Shown here one piece after another: positions 30,102 to 39,347 of a stretch of 64,000 bases of DNA. The position numbers and the translations under genes were made by a program. The notes under the pieces are model-generated. The model had not been told where the DNA came from and did no database searches. It saw only the letters and a list, made by a program, of their open reading frames with translations. The first letter of the stretch is position 1; the number at the start of each line of letters is the position of its first letter. Source of the stretch: Candidatus Sumerlaeia bacterium (GTDB lineage: Bacteria; Sumerlaeota; Sumerlaeia; SLMS01; JANRJK01); assembly GCA_033764015.1 (NCBI GenBank), contig JANRJK010000002.1, forward strand, positions 186,478 through 250,477. Direction: 5' to 3'.

Positions 30102-31664
30102 GTGCGTACATTGCGCCACGCCACATTGATCACCATCTTGTTCGCGGCGACCGGCTGCCTGGTCGGCCCGAAGAACGTCACGCTCGACACCTCCGCGCCG
30201 GAGAGCCTCGCGGGCCGCCTCGCCATCACCGACGCCGCTGCCGAAATGGCCGCCGTCAAGCCCGCCACCGCCTGGTGGGAACGCTTCAACGATCCAAAGC
30301 TGAACGAACTGATCGGCCGCGCGCTCAAGGCGAACCAGGACCTCGAGGTGGCGAAGGAGCGCATCCGCGCCGCCCGCGCCGGCGCCCGCGGCGTGAAGTC
30401 CGCGCTCGTCCCGACGGTCGACTCGAACAGCTCCGTCTCGAAGTCGCAGAGTTCGCTGCGGGCCCGCGCGGAGGAGCAGGACCAGGAGTTCTTCGGCGCC
30501 GACCGCTACTCGCGCAACTACAGCTCGTCCATCGACGCCGCTTACGAAATCGACATCTGGGGCAAGAACCGCCAGGGCATCGAGGGGGCCAAGCAGGGCA
30601 TCCTCGCCGCGGAGGCGGCGTACCGCGCCACCGTGCTCTCCTTGGTGGCCGAAGTCGCGGCGACCTACTTCGAGGCCCGCGGCGCCGAGGAGACCCGCCT
30701 GCTCATCGCGGAGGAAGTGAAGAACCGCGAGGAGTTCCTCGAGATCATCGTCCGCCGCGAGAAGAGCGGCCTCACCTCGCCGCTCGACACCCGGCGCCAG
30801 GAAGTCGAGATCGCGAACGTCCGCGCGCAACTCCCCGCCGCGGAGACGCGCGTGGTCCGGGCCAACTACCGCCTCGCCACGCTCCTCGGCGAGAATCCCC
30901 AGACCTTCGACATGGAGAGCGCCAAGCTCGCGGGGCTCCCCGTGCTGCCGCTCGTCCCGGAGGGCCTGCCCGCCGACCTGATGCGCCAGCGCCCCGATGT
31001 GCTGCGGGCCGAAGCCGTCGCACGCGGTGCGGCGGCGGACATCGGCGTCGCCCTCGGCGACATGTACCCGTCGCTGACCGCCAGCGCCTCCGCCGGCTAC
31101 AGCTCCGCCTTCTTCGGCGACTTCATGGACGACCTCTCCGACAAATGGACGCTCGCCTCGGCGCTGCGTCTCCCGCTCTTCGACGGCGGGCGGCGCTACG
31201 CCGAGCTCGAAGCGCGCCGCGCCCAGTTCCGCGAGGCGGTCGCCGCATACCGGCAGACCGTTCTCCTCGCCCTCGAGGAAATCAACACCAGCCTGGTCGC
31301 CGCGTCCAAGAGCCGCGAAAGCCGCTCGGCCCGCTATGCCGCGCTCGAGTCCGCCCGCGAGGCGAACCGCATCGCCCGCGAGCAGTACCGCGCCGGCTCC
31401 ATCGCCTTGGTGGACCTGCTGGATTCGCAGCGCACGGAGCTGCAGACCCGCCAACTGGTCATCGACGCCGACCAGCAGACCGTTACGGATGTCGTCAGCC
31501 TCTATAAGGCTTTCGGCGGCGGCTGGGATGTGACGGCGGTCGACCCCGTGGCGCTTCCCGAGCGGAGCACCGGGCGCCGGATCGCGGAGAACATCCCGCT
31601 TTGGGCGGCCGGGCTGGACGACCCGTTCGACGCGGACGAATCCGGCAAGTCAGGGAATCCCTAA
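30102..31664 (+). CDS. RND efflux outer-membrane factor lipoprotein (NodT/OprM family)
   Basis: Lipobox ATGC, WWERFNDPKLNELI..AL..NQDL, YEIDIWG, GLPADLMRQRPDV, LPLFDGG, LYKAFGGGW. The start position is uncertain. Confidence 0.88.
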   Translation: MRTLRHATLITILFAATGCLVGPKNVTLDTSAPESLAGRLAITDAAAEMAAVKPATAWWERFNDPKLNELIGRALKANQDLEVAKERIRAARAGARGVKSALVPTVDSNSSVSKSQSSLRARAEEQDQEFFGADRYSRNYSSSIDAAYEIDIWGKNRQGIEGAKQGILAAEAAYRATVLSLVAEVAATYFEARGAEETRLLIAEEVKNREEFLEIIVRREKSGLTSPLDTRRQEVEIANVRAQLPAAETRVVRANYRLATLLGENPQTFDMESAKLAGLPVLPLVPEGLPADLMRQRPDVLRAEAVARGAAADIGVALGDMYPSLTASASAGYSSAFFGDFMDDLSDKWTLASALRLPLFDGGRRYAELEARRAQFREAVAAYRQTVLLALEEINTSLVAASKSRESRSARYAALESAREANRIAREQYRAGSIALVDLLDSQRTELQTRQLVIDADQQTVTDVVSLYKAFGGGWDVTAVDPVALPERSTGRRIAENIPLWAAGLDDPFDADESGKSGNP

Positions 31665-31840
31665 AACGCTTACGGGGTTGACACCGAGGGGGCCACGTCC
31701 CACACACCCCGCTCTTGCGGAGTAAGGCGGCACCCCTAAAGCACTTTAGGGTGTCTGACTGCCGTTGACCCCCCGCACGGGGCATACCTTGACTACGTCA
31801 GGTTGCTACAAACCTTCACCAAGGTTAAGGAGAGTCAGTC

Positions 31841-33451
31841 TTGAACGACTTCGTTAAGAAGTTCGCCCAAATGTCGCTGGTTTCGTCGGTCGCCGCGCTT
31901 GCGCTGACGGGCTGCGCCACCAAGGGCCAGCACAGTGATCTTTCGTTCCGCGTCGCGCAGCTCGAGGATTCGATGCGCACGGAGCGTCCCACCACCGTTA
32001 TCCGCGAGTCGGGCGCGACGTACCAGTCCCGCCTGCGCTCCGTCCCCGCGGACATGAACGGCGCCTTTATGGCGATCCCGACGGGCAGCGAGCAGTCCAG
32101 CGCTCTTCTGATCGAGAAGCACGTCCCGAAGGTCGTCAACGTCGGCCAGGAGTTCAGCTACGAGCTGTACGTCACGAACCTGACCGAGAACCTGAACCTG
32201 AAGGACATCGTCCTTGAAGACACGCTCGACGGCAACTTCCGCTTCGCGAGCGCCACGCCCGCCCCGACCAGCTCGGGCGGCGGGATGCTGCGCTGGACCA
32301 TGGCGAACCTCGCCCCGGGCCAGACCGAGAAGGTCACCGTGAGCGGCACCGCCGGAGCCGAGGGCGAGTACGAGTTCTGCGCCACCGCCTCCTACACGCC
32401 GTACTTTTGCATCGGCCTCCTCGCCGAGCAGCCCGGCCTCGAAATCCGCAAGACCGGCCCCGCCTCGGTCCTCCTTTGCGACGAGATCGTCTACACGGTC
32501 GTCGTCACGAACCCGGGCACCGGCGCCACCACGAACGTCACCGTTTCGGACAGCCTGCCCGAGGGCGTGACCACGCTCGACGGCGCGCGCACCTACTCGG
32601 CCGAGATCCCGGTCCTGGCCTCCGGCGAGAGCCGCGAGTTCACGATCCGCGCCAAGGCCAACCGCACCGGCACCTTCACGAACACCGCCACGGCGGATGC
32701 TTCGGCGCAGGGCCTCACGGTCAGCTCGCAGAACGTGACCACCACCGTCACGCAGCCGCAGCTCGCCGTCTCCCTCGAGTGCTTCGACCGCATCTTCCTC
32801 GGGAACCCGCTGGAGTACTCGGTCACGGTCTCGAACAACGGCGACGCCGCCGCGGCGGACGTCGTCCTCGTCCAGAACCTCGCGAGCTGCACCACGTTCG
32901 AGAGCGCTTCGGACAACGGCTCGTTCTCCGGCGGCCAGGTCCGCTGGAGCCTCGGCACCCTGAACGCCGGCCAGTCGCGCACCGTCACGGTCCGCGCCCG
33001 CGGCGCCCAGATCTGCACCGCCGAGACCTCGGTCTACGCTGAGGGCGTCTGCGCCCCGCGCGTCGACGACGAGTGCGAGACGGAGATCCAGGGCATCCCG
33101 GCGATCCTGCTCGAAGTGATCGACGTCGAAGACCCGGTCCGGGTCGGCGGCGAGACGGTCTACGTCATCACGGCCACGAACCAGGGTTCGGCGGTCGGCA
33201 CCAACATCGCAATCACGGCGTCGGTGGAGAAGGCTTCCATCCTCGACGTGACGGGCGACACGAGCGGCTCGGTCTCCGGCATGAACGTCACGTTCTCGCC
33301 GCTGCCCTCGCTCGCTCCGAAGGCCGAAGCCACGTGGCGCATCCGCGTCCGTGCCGAGCAGGCCGGCGACGTCCGCTTCAAGGTGATCATGAACAGCGAC
33401 CAGCTCTCCCGCACGGTCGAAGAAACCGAAGCGACGAACTTCTACGAGTAA
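31841..33451 (+). CDS. DUF11-repeat lipoprotein resembling chlamydial 60-kDa cysteine-rich envelope protein OmcB
   Basis: RBS aaggaga before TTG; lipobox LTGC; four Ig-like repeats (Y...VTN.G...A.NV.V.D.LP); C-terminus DPVRVGGETVYVITATNQGS...AGDVRF...SDQL...E.TNFY is OmcB-like; 9 Cys. Confidence 0.75.
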   Translation: MNDFVKKFAQMSLVSSVAALALTGCATKGQHSDLSFRVAQLEDSMRTERPTTVIRESGATYQSRLRSVPADMNGAFMAIPTGSEQSSALLIEKHVPKVVNVGQEFSYELYVTNLTENLNLKDIVLEDTLDGNFRFASATPAPTSSGGGMLRWTMANLAPGQTEKVTVSGTAGAEGEYEFCATASYTPYFCIGLLAEQPGLEIRKTGPASVLLCDEIVYTVVVTNPGTGATTNVTVSDSLPEGVTTLDGARTYSAEIPVLASGESREFTIRAKANRTGTFTNTATADASAQGLTVSSQNVTTTVTQPQLAVSLECFDRIFLGNPLEYSVTVSNNGDAAAADVVLVQNLASCTTFESASDNGSFSGGQVRWSLGTLNAGQSRTVTVRARGAQICTAETSVYAEGVCAPRVDDECETEIQGIPAILLEVIDVEDPVRVGGETVYVITATNQGSAVGTNIAITASVEKASILDVTGDTSGSVSGMNVTFSPLPSLAPKAEATWRIRVRAEQAGDVRFKVIMNSDQLSRTVEETEATNFYE

Positions 33452-33460
33452 GCCGCTTCA

Positions 33461-33486
33461 CGGAGGGGGGCCCAGCGCCCCCCTCC
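33461..33486 (+). terminator. Hairpin after the OmcB-like gene
   Basis: cggaggggg...ccccctccg inverted repeat; there is no clear U-tract. Confidence 0.45.
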
Positions 33487-33556
33487 GCCTCCATCCAGTA
33501 CCCGGACCGGCCCGCCTAGCGCGGGCCGGTTCCCATTTTCTAAGGTTCCGCGCACC

Positions 33557-34084
33557 ATGGCGACATTCGCGATCTATATCGCCCAGAGCCTCGATGGTTT
33601 CATCGCCGCCGATGATGGCTCGGTCGAATGGCTCGATCACTTCAGCAGCTTCGACTACGGCTTCGACCAGTTCCTCGACGGCGTCGGCACACTGGTCATG
33701 GGGCGCCGCACCTACGACCAGATCCTCACCTTCGGCGAGTGGCCCTACGGCCAACACCCGGCGGTCGTCGTCACCTCGAAACCATTGCATGCGATGCCCG
33801 GCGCGAACGTCCGCGCCCATCACGGCGACCTCAAGGAATTGGTCGCCAGCCTATCCGCACGGGACGAACTGGTCTGGATCGTCGGCGGGGCGGAGCTGAT
33901 CGCCGGCATGATCGCGGCGGGCGCCGCGCCCCGGCTCGAACTCCACATCATGCCGATCCTCATGGGCTCGGGCGTCCCGCTCTGGAAGCCCCACGCCACG
34001 CGCGGACGCTACCGCCTGGTGCGGAAGTCCGCCTACGACAACGGCGTCGTGTCGCTCAACTATGTGCCGATGGAGCAGCCTTAG
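33557..34084 (+). CDS. Dihydrofolate reductase/RibD C-terminal domain family protein
   Basis: IAQSLDGFIA, LVMGRRTYD, WIVGGA, PILMGSGVPL. Confidence 0.85.
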   Translation: MATFAIYIAQSLDGFIAADDGSVEWLDHFSSFDYGFDQFLDGVGTLVMGRRTYDQILTFGEWPYGQHPAVVVTSKPLHAMPGANVRAHHGDLKELVASLSARDELVWIVGGAELIAGMIAAGAAPRLELHIMPILMGSGVPLWKPHATRGRYRLVRKSAYDNGVVSLNYVPMEQP

Positions 34085-34093
34085 CCGACGGCG

Positions 34094-34558
34094 CTAGCTG
34101 CGCCCCGTGGAACCGAAGCCGCCGGCGCCGCGGGCTGTCGCGGGCAGGTCAGCCTCCGGCGTGACGCGCCACTCGGCGCGGACCACTGGCGCCAGCACCG
34201 CCTGCGCGATCCGGTCCCCGCGGCGCACCGTGAAGGGCTCCGGGCCGAAGTTCATCACGACCACCATTAGCTCGCCCCGATAGTCGCTGTCGATGGTGCC
34301 CGGCGAATTGAGCAGGCCGATCCGGTGCCGCGCGGCGAGGCCACTGCGCGGGCGGATCTGCAGCTCGTAGCCGTCGGGGATCGCGAACACCAGACCGGTC
34401 GGCACCAGCGCGAGGGCGCCCGGGCCGATCACCAACGGCTCCGCGACCGCCGCGAGCAGGTCCGCCCCCGCCGCGCCCGCGGTTTGGTAAGCGGGCAGTG
34501 GAAGGCCCTCGCCATGCGGCAGCAACGCGATCGGAACGGGAACGGGGGAGCTGCTCAA
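34094..34558 (-). CDS. dut: dUTP diphosphatase
   Basis: [47 protein letters not shown] start is inferred. Confidence 0.95.
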   Translation of the reverse strand: MSSSPVPVPIALLPHGEGLPLPAYQTAGAAGADLLAAVAEPLVIGPGALALVPTGLVFAIPDGYELQIRPRSGLAARHRIGLLNSPGTIDSDYRGELMVVVMNFGPEPFTVRRGDRIAQAVLAPVVRAEWRVTPEADLPATARGAGGFGSTGRS

Positions 34559-34641
34559 GGGGGGCCTCGCAGGCGCGGGATCTTTGGCCGTTGCGTCGCG
34601 CGCGGCGCGTCCTCCACAACGGTGCCGACAGGAGGAGCGCC

Positions 34642-35079
34642 ATGGCCGACTCGCCCGCAAGCCAAGACTCCATCGCCCAGCTCGGGGTCTCGTCCGACAT
34701 CCCACCCAAGCCGCTGTGCTGGATCGAGATTCCGGTCAGCGACGTGCGCGCCGCCGCGCACCGCTTGAACGCTTTGTTCGGCTGGACCGTGCGCGAGCCG
34801 CACACCTCCGCCTTCGCCTTGATGATGACGGGCAACCACGAGCCCGTCGGCCTTTCCCTCGTGCTCCGCGAGACCGCGGAAGGGGGCAACGACGAGCCCA
34901 TGACCACGCTGGTGGGCGTCAACATCGGCGTGGACACGATCGAGGAAGTCTACGCGGGCGCCCTTTCGACCGGGTTCATGCCGGTCGAGCCGCCCCACGC
35001 GGTGCCGCAGGCGGGCCACGGCATGCGCGCCGTGATCCGCGACCCGGACGGCAACCTGTTCGGGCTTTGGCGCGACTGA
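34642..35079 (+). CDS. VOC/glyoxalase family protein
   Basis: WIEIPVSD...LFGW...[12 protein letters not shown]. Confidence 0.8.
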   Translation: MADSPASQDSIAQLGVSSDIPPKPLCWIEIPVSDVRAAAHRLNALFGWTVREPHTSAFALMMTGNHEPVGLSLVLRETAEGGNDEPMTTLVGVNIGVDTIEEVYAGALSTGFMPVEPPHAVPQAGHGMRAVIRDPDGNLFGLWRD

Positions 35080-35097
35080 AGGAAACGGCCGGGCGAC

Positions 35098-35811
35098 ATG
35101 ATGGAAGCGATCGAAGAGGGCACTCTGGCAGGGCCGCGGCGCGTCGGACTCCCCGCCGTTGTCGCCATTGACGGCGTCGCCGGCGTCGGCAAGACCGCCG
35201 TGGCGAAGGCCCTCGCGGAGCGCCTCGGCTGGCGGCACCTCGATACCGGCGCCATGTACCGCTACATCACCTGGCGCGTTCGCGAGGCCGGCCTGGATCC
35301 CGCCGACACCGAAGCAGTCGCCGAACTGGCCCGCGGCGTCCACTTCGCGTGGCGCGCCGATGGCGGCCTCGATGCGGACGGCGTGGAACTGCCCGGCGAG
35401 ATCCGGTCGCAGGAAGTGACGCGCCTCGTCGCGGCGGTCGCCGACAACCAGCGCGTGCGCTCGCACCTCGTCCGCGAGCAGCGCCGCCTCGGCGAGGAAA
35501 GTCCCTGCGTGATCGAGGGCCGCGACATCGCCACGGTCGTCTTCACCGATTCGCCCTTCAAGTTCTTCCTCGACGCGGACCCCTCGGAACGCGCGTCGCG
35601 TCGGCTAGGGCAGCTTCACCGGCAGGGGCACGAGGCGGAGTTCGACCGCGTGCTCGCCGATGTGATGGAGCGCGACGCCCGCGACCGCGCGCGCCCCGTG
35701 GGCGGCATGCGGCCCGCCGACGACGCGGTGCACCTCGACACCACGAGCATGGGAAAGCAGCAAGTCGTCGAGTGGCTCGCGCGGCGGGTGCTGTCGCCGG
35801 AGGCGCCGTGA
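35098..35811 (+). CDS. cmk: Cytidylate kinase
   Basis: AIDGVAGVGKT, LDTGAMYR, EGRDIATVVF, ERDARDR. Confidence 0.93.
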   Translation: MMEAIEEGTLAGPRRVGLPAVVAIDGVAGVGKTAVAKALAERLGWRHLDTGAMYRYITWRVREAGLDPADTEAVAELARGVHFAWRADGGLDADGVELPGEIRSQEVTRLVAAVADNQRVRSHLVREQRRLGEESPCVIEGRDIATVVFTDSPFKFFLDADPSERASRRLGQLHRQGHEAEFDRVLADVMERDARDRARPVGGMRPADDAVHLDTTSMGKQQVVEWLARRVLSPEAP

Positions 35812-36521
35812 GCGGATCGCCCGCGGAAGCGCCCCGCGAGGAACTGGGCGCGCGCACGCTCGACTACGACAAGCTCCGCAACGACGTCCTCCGGCCGCCG
35901 GTGGACTTCAGGGTCGTCCGCTCGCTGAGCCATTGGATCATCTTCCTCCTCCTCCTCGTCTACTTCCGCGTCTCCGTGCGCGGCTGGTGGAACCACCCCG
36001 CGAAGGGTCCCGTGCTCGTCACGGTGAACCACGTCTCGAACCTCGATCCGTTCGTGGTGGCCGGGCTGGTGCGCCGCTATCCGCGGGTGATGTGCAAGGA
36101 GTCGCTGCTGCACATCCCGGTGCTCGGCTACTGGTGCCGCGCCGTCGGCGGCTTCCCCGTGCGGCGGGGCATGGCGGACCGCTGGGCGGTGCGCATGGCG
36201 CAGGAGGTCCTGGAGGCGGGCGTCCCCTTCCTGATCTTCCCCGAGGGCACTCGCTCGCGCGACGGCAAGCCGCAGGAAGCGCAGCCCGGCGCGGCGATGA
36301 TCGCCGTGAACGCGCCCGCCGACACATGGATCCTTCCGGTGCGCATCGAGGGCACCTACGCGGCGATGCCGCCCGGCGCCCGCTTCCCGATGCCCCGGAA
36401 GGTGCGCGTTTTCTACGGAAAGCCTTGGAAAGTTGCCGATCTAGGCGAGGCGCCCCAAGAAAAAAAAGCGTTGTATCGCGCCGTGGCGGGCGAAATGATG
36501 AAGAGGATCGCGGCGGCGTAG
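35808..36521 (+). CDS. plsC: 1-acyl-sn-glycerol-3-phosphate acyltransferase
   Basis: NHVSNLDP (HX4D) and IFPEGTRS; GTGA overlap with the cmk stop. Confidence 0.88.
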   Translation: MSGSPAEAPREELGARTLDYDKLRNDVLRPPVDFRVVRSLSHWIIFLLLLVYFRVSVRGWWNHPAKGPVLVTVNHVSNLDPFVVAGLVRRYPRVMCKESLLHIPVLGYWCRAVGGFPVRRGMADRWAVRMAQEVLEAGVPFLIFPEGTRSRDGKPQEAQPGAAMIAVNAPADTWILPVRIEGTYAAMPPGARFPMPRKVRVFYGKPWKVADLGEAPQEKKALYRAVAGEMMKRIAAA

Positions 36522-36554
36522 CGCACGCCTCCGCAAGCCCGGCGCAACCCATCG

Positions 36555-36632
36555 CGGAGCGGTGCTCCAACTCCGGCCCAGCCATCGCCCGGAGTTTTCG
36601 GAACACCCGCCACCGGATGACACTCCGCTCCG
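36555..36632 (+). ncRNA. Putative structured 5' leader of rpsA (three-way junction)
   Basis: Pairings CGGAGCGG 36555-62/CCGCTCCG 36625-32, AACTCCGG 36569-76/CCGGAGTT 36589-96 and TTCGG 36597-601/CCGGA 36613-17. Confidence 0.4.
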
Positions 36633-36686
36633 AACGCTGGCACCAAGTCCAGCACGAAACCACGGTCCAATGGACGTCCAGAACCG

Positions 36687-38420
36687 ATGAGCAGCGAAGC
36701 TAACCTCAACGACCACAACAACTCCGAACTCGAGCAGGAAATGGCGGAGTTCGACAAGTACATGGATCAGGCCTTGGCCGCGGACGCGGGCATGTCCGGC
36801 GGGGCCCTCCTAGAGGTGACGGTTGTTGAAATCCTCGAGGACCGCGTCCTCGTCGATACCGGCGGCAAGGCGGAAGCCCATATCGCGCTGGATGAGTTCG
36901 TCAAGGTCGGCGACCAGTACCAGGTTGCCGTCGGCGACAAGATTTCCGTGGTGCGCGTCCGCCAGACCGCCGACGGCCCCGTTTACAGCCACCGCGAGGC
37001 CCGCGCCCGCGCGGCGCAGGACGCCGTCGCCGAGGCGCACAAGGACAAGAAGCCGCTCAAGGGCCTCGTCACTGGCGTGGTCAAGGGCGGCCTCACGGTC
37101 GACATCGGCGTCGGCGCCTTCATGCCCGCCAGCCAAGTGGACCTCTTCAAGATTCCCGACCTCAACACGCTCGTCGGCCAGGAGATCGAAGCCTACGTCA
37201 TCGAGTTCGATCCGCGCCGCCGGCGCGCCGTTCTTTCGCGCCGCCAGCTGCTCTTCGAGCAGCGCGAGTCCGAGCGCCGCGAGGCCCTCGGCAAGCTCGA
37301 AGTCGGCTCGCGCGTCCGCGGCCGGGTGAAGAGCGCCCTCGAATTCGGCGCCTTCCTCGACCTCGGCGGCGTCGACGGCTTCATCCCCCGCGAGGAAGTG
37401 TCCTACGACCGCGGCACGCCGCCCTCGCGCATCCTCAAGGCGGGCGAGGAAGTCGAAGTCGTCATCGCCAAGGTGGACCCGGAGACGGGAAAGATCACCC
37501 TTTCGCGCAAGCGCGCCCTCGCCGATCCGTGGGAGACCATCGACCAGCGCATCCAGGTCGGCGACTCGATCAAGGGCACCGTCGTCTCGATCCAGAACTA
37601 CGGCGCCTTCGTCCACGTCGAAGAGGGCGTCACCGGCATGATCCACGCCGGCGACATGAGCTGGTCCCTCGGGAACAAGAAGCCGGGCGACTACGTGAAG
37701 GCCGGCGAGACGATCGACGTGAAGGTGCTCGAACTCGACAAGGAGAAGCGGCGCCTTTCGCTCGGCATCAAGCAGATCCAGGAGGATCCCTGGGAGGCGG
37801 TGCGCCGCGAGTACCCCGCGGGCGCGCGCGTCAAGGGCACCGTCACCTCGCTCACCAACTACGGCGCCTTCGTCAAGATCGGCGACTTCTTGGAAGGAAT
37901 GATCCACGTCTCCGACATCGTCTGGGAGCGCCGCCTCTCGCACCCGAAGGAAGTCCTCACGGTCGGGCAGGAAGTGGAAGCCATCGTGCTTAAGAGCGAA
38001 GGCGACACGCGCCGCCTCTCGCTCGGCCTCAAGCAGCTTCAGGAGTCCCCCTTCGAGGCGTACGCCAACGCCCACCCGGTCGGCTCGGTCGTCAGCGGCA
38101 AGGTCACGCGCTTCGCCCCGTTCGGCGCGTTCGTCGAACTCGCCGAGGGACTCGAGGGCCTGATCCACATCAGCCAGATCGACGTGCATCGCGTCGAGCT
38201 GCCCGAGAAGGCGCTCCAGCTCGGTGAGGAAGTGAAGGCCAAGGTGCTCAAGTACGAGGCGAAGAACCGCAAGATCTCGCTCTCGCGCAAGGACGCGCTC
38301 CGCAACGCCGAGCGCGAGTCCATCAAGCAGTATCTCGGCAAGAGCAACAAGGCCGAGAACCGGCTGAACACCTTCGGAGACGCCCTGCGCCAAGCGCAGG
38401 AAGGCAACGGCAAGAAGTAA
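36687..38420 (+). CDS. rpsA: 30S ribosomal protein S1
   Basis: Six S1 repeats (AFMPASQVD; FGAFLDLGGVDG; YGAFVHVEEGVTGMIH; FGAFVELAEGLEGLIHISQ); cmk-plsC-rpsA order. Confidence 0.97.
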   Translation: MSSEANLNDHNNSELEQEMAEFDKYMDQALAADAGMSGGALLEVTVVEILEDRVLVDTGGKAEAHIALDEFVKVGDQYQVAVGDKISVVRVRQTADGPVYSHREARARAAQDAVAEAHKDKKPLKGLVTGVVKGGLTVDIGVGAFMPASQVDLFKIPDLNTLVGQEIEAYVIEFDPRRRRAVLSRRQLLFEQRESERREALGKLEVGSRVRGRVKSALEFGAFLDLGGVDGFIPREEVSYDRGTPPSRILKAGEEVEVVIAKVDPETGKITLSRKRALADPWETIDQRIQVGDSIKGTVVSIQNYGAFVHVEEGVTGMIHAGDMSWSLGNKKPGDYVKAGETIDVKVLELDKEKRRLSLGIKQIQEDPWEAVRREYPAGARVKGTVTSLTNYGAFVKIGDFLEGMIHVSDIVWERRLSHPKEVLTVGQEVEAIVLKSEGDTRRLSLGLKQLQESPFEAYANAHPVGSVVSGKVTRFAPFGAFVELAEGLEGLIHISQIDVHRVELPEKALQLGEEVKAKVLKYEAKNRKISLSRKDALRNAERESIKQYLGKSNKAENRLNTFGDALRQAQEGNGKK

Positions 38421-38449
38421 GGCGGTTCCCAAGCGGCACCCCAAGATCG

Positions 38450-38483
38450 AGACGCCCCCGGAGCGAGAGCTCCGGGGGCGTCT
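38450..38483. terminator. Hairpin terminator between rpsA and convergent yidD
   Basis: agacgcccccggagc-gaga-gctccgggggcgtct, a 15-bp stem with a GNRA loop. Confidence 0.75.
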
Positions 38484-38489
38484 TCACGT

Positions 38490-38780
38490 TCAGGGGGTCT
38501 GCTTTCCACCGGGCGGGAGCACATCCTCGCGCGGGGATCGCGGAACGGGGTCGAAGCCGCCTTTGCAGAGCGGTTGGCAGCGGAGCAGCCGCCACACGAT
38601 CAGCCAGACGGCCAGCGGTAGGCGCTTGGTCTGGAGCGCCTCCTCCGCGTAGCAGGAGCAGGTGGGGACGAAGCGGCATTGGCCCCCGAGCAGCCAAGAG
38701 AGGCGCCGCCGGTACCAGCCGACGACCGCGAGAAGCGCCCGGCGGCCGGCGTGGTCGGCTAGTCCGAGGAAACGGCCCAT
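38490..38780 (-). CDS. yidD: Membrane protein insertion efficiency factor YidD
   Basis: CRFVPTCSCYA...RLLRCQPLCKGGFDPVP; follows rnpA. Confidence 0.92.
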   Translation of the reverse strand: MGRFLGLADHAGRRALLAVVGWYRRRLSWLLGGQCRFVPTCSCYAEEALQTKRLPLAVWLIVWRLLRCQPLCKGGFDPVPRSPREDVLPPGGKQTP

Positions 38781-39148
38781 GCGTGGAAGCGCCCGAGCGC
38801 TTCGTGCAACTCCGCTTGGAGCTGCTGGAATGTCGACGCCGCCGCTTCGGGCTTGGCCGAGACCACGAGGTCCCATCCCGGCGCGATGCGAGGCAGCGAA
38901 AGGCGGAACGCCTCCCGGATCCGCCGACGCACGCGGTTGCGCACGACCGAGTTGCCGACCTTGCGGGAGATCGCGAGGCCCAGCCGGGGTGGCTCGTTCG
39001 AATCTGTCTTGTGGAGGAGTCGGACGACGAGGTGGGAGGTCGTCCACCGCCTTCCGGTCCGGAGCGCCCGCTCGATGTCCTGCTTTCGGCGCAGGCGGTT
39101 CTCCGGACGGAAGCGGAAGGGGTGCCGGTCGCTACCCGGCGGGGTCAC
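38759..39148 (-). CDS. rnpA: Ribonuclease P protein component
   Basis: RLRRKQDI...[26 protein letters not shown] (RNR motif); GTGA overlap with the rpmH stop. Confidence 0.93.
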   Translation of the reverse strand: MTPPGSDRHPFRFRPENRLRRKQDIERALRTGRRWTTSHLVVRLLHKTDSNEPPRLGLAISRKVGNSVVRNRVRRRIREAFRLSLPRIAPGWDLVVSAKPEAAASTFQQLQAELHEALGRFHAWAVSSD

Positions 39149-39288
39149 TCGTCGGAGACGGTGAGGCGGTGGCGGCCCTTGGCGCGGCGGCGCGCCAGCA
39201 CGGCGCGTCCGTTCTTGGTGGCCATGCGCGCGCGGAATCCGTGCTTGCGGACGCGGCGTGTGCGGTTTGGTTGGAACGTTCTCTTCAT
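39145..39288 (-). CDS. rpmH: 50S ribosomal protein L34 (missed by the ORF track)
   Basis: Manual translation gives [47 protein letters not shown], 47 aa. Confidence 0.97.
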   Translation of the reverse strand: MKRTFQPNRTRRVRKHGFRARMATKNGRAVLARRRAKGRHRLTVSDE

Positions 39289-39347
39289 GGGTGTCGCATC
39301 CAGCGGGAGTCAAAGCCGCACTTTGTCGCCGCGTCCCCGGCGCCGTG

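Noticed and set aside
39289..39347. oriC next to rpmH
   Set aside because: No dnaA, no cluster of TTATCCACA boxes and no AT-rich unwinding element.
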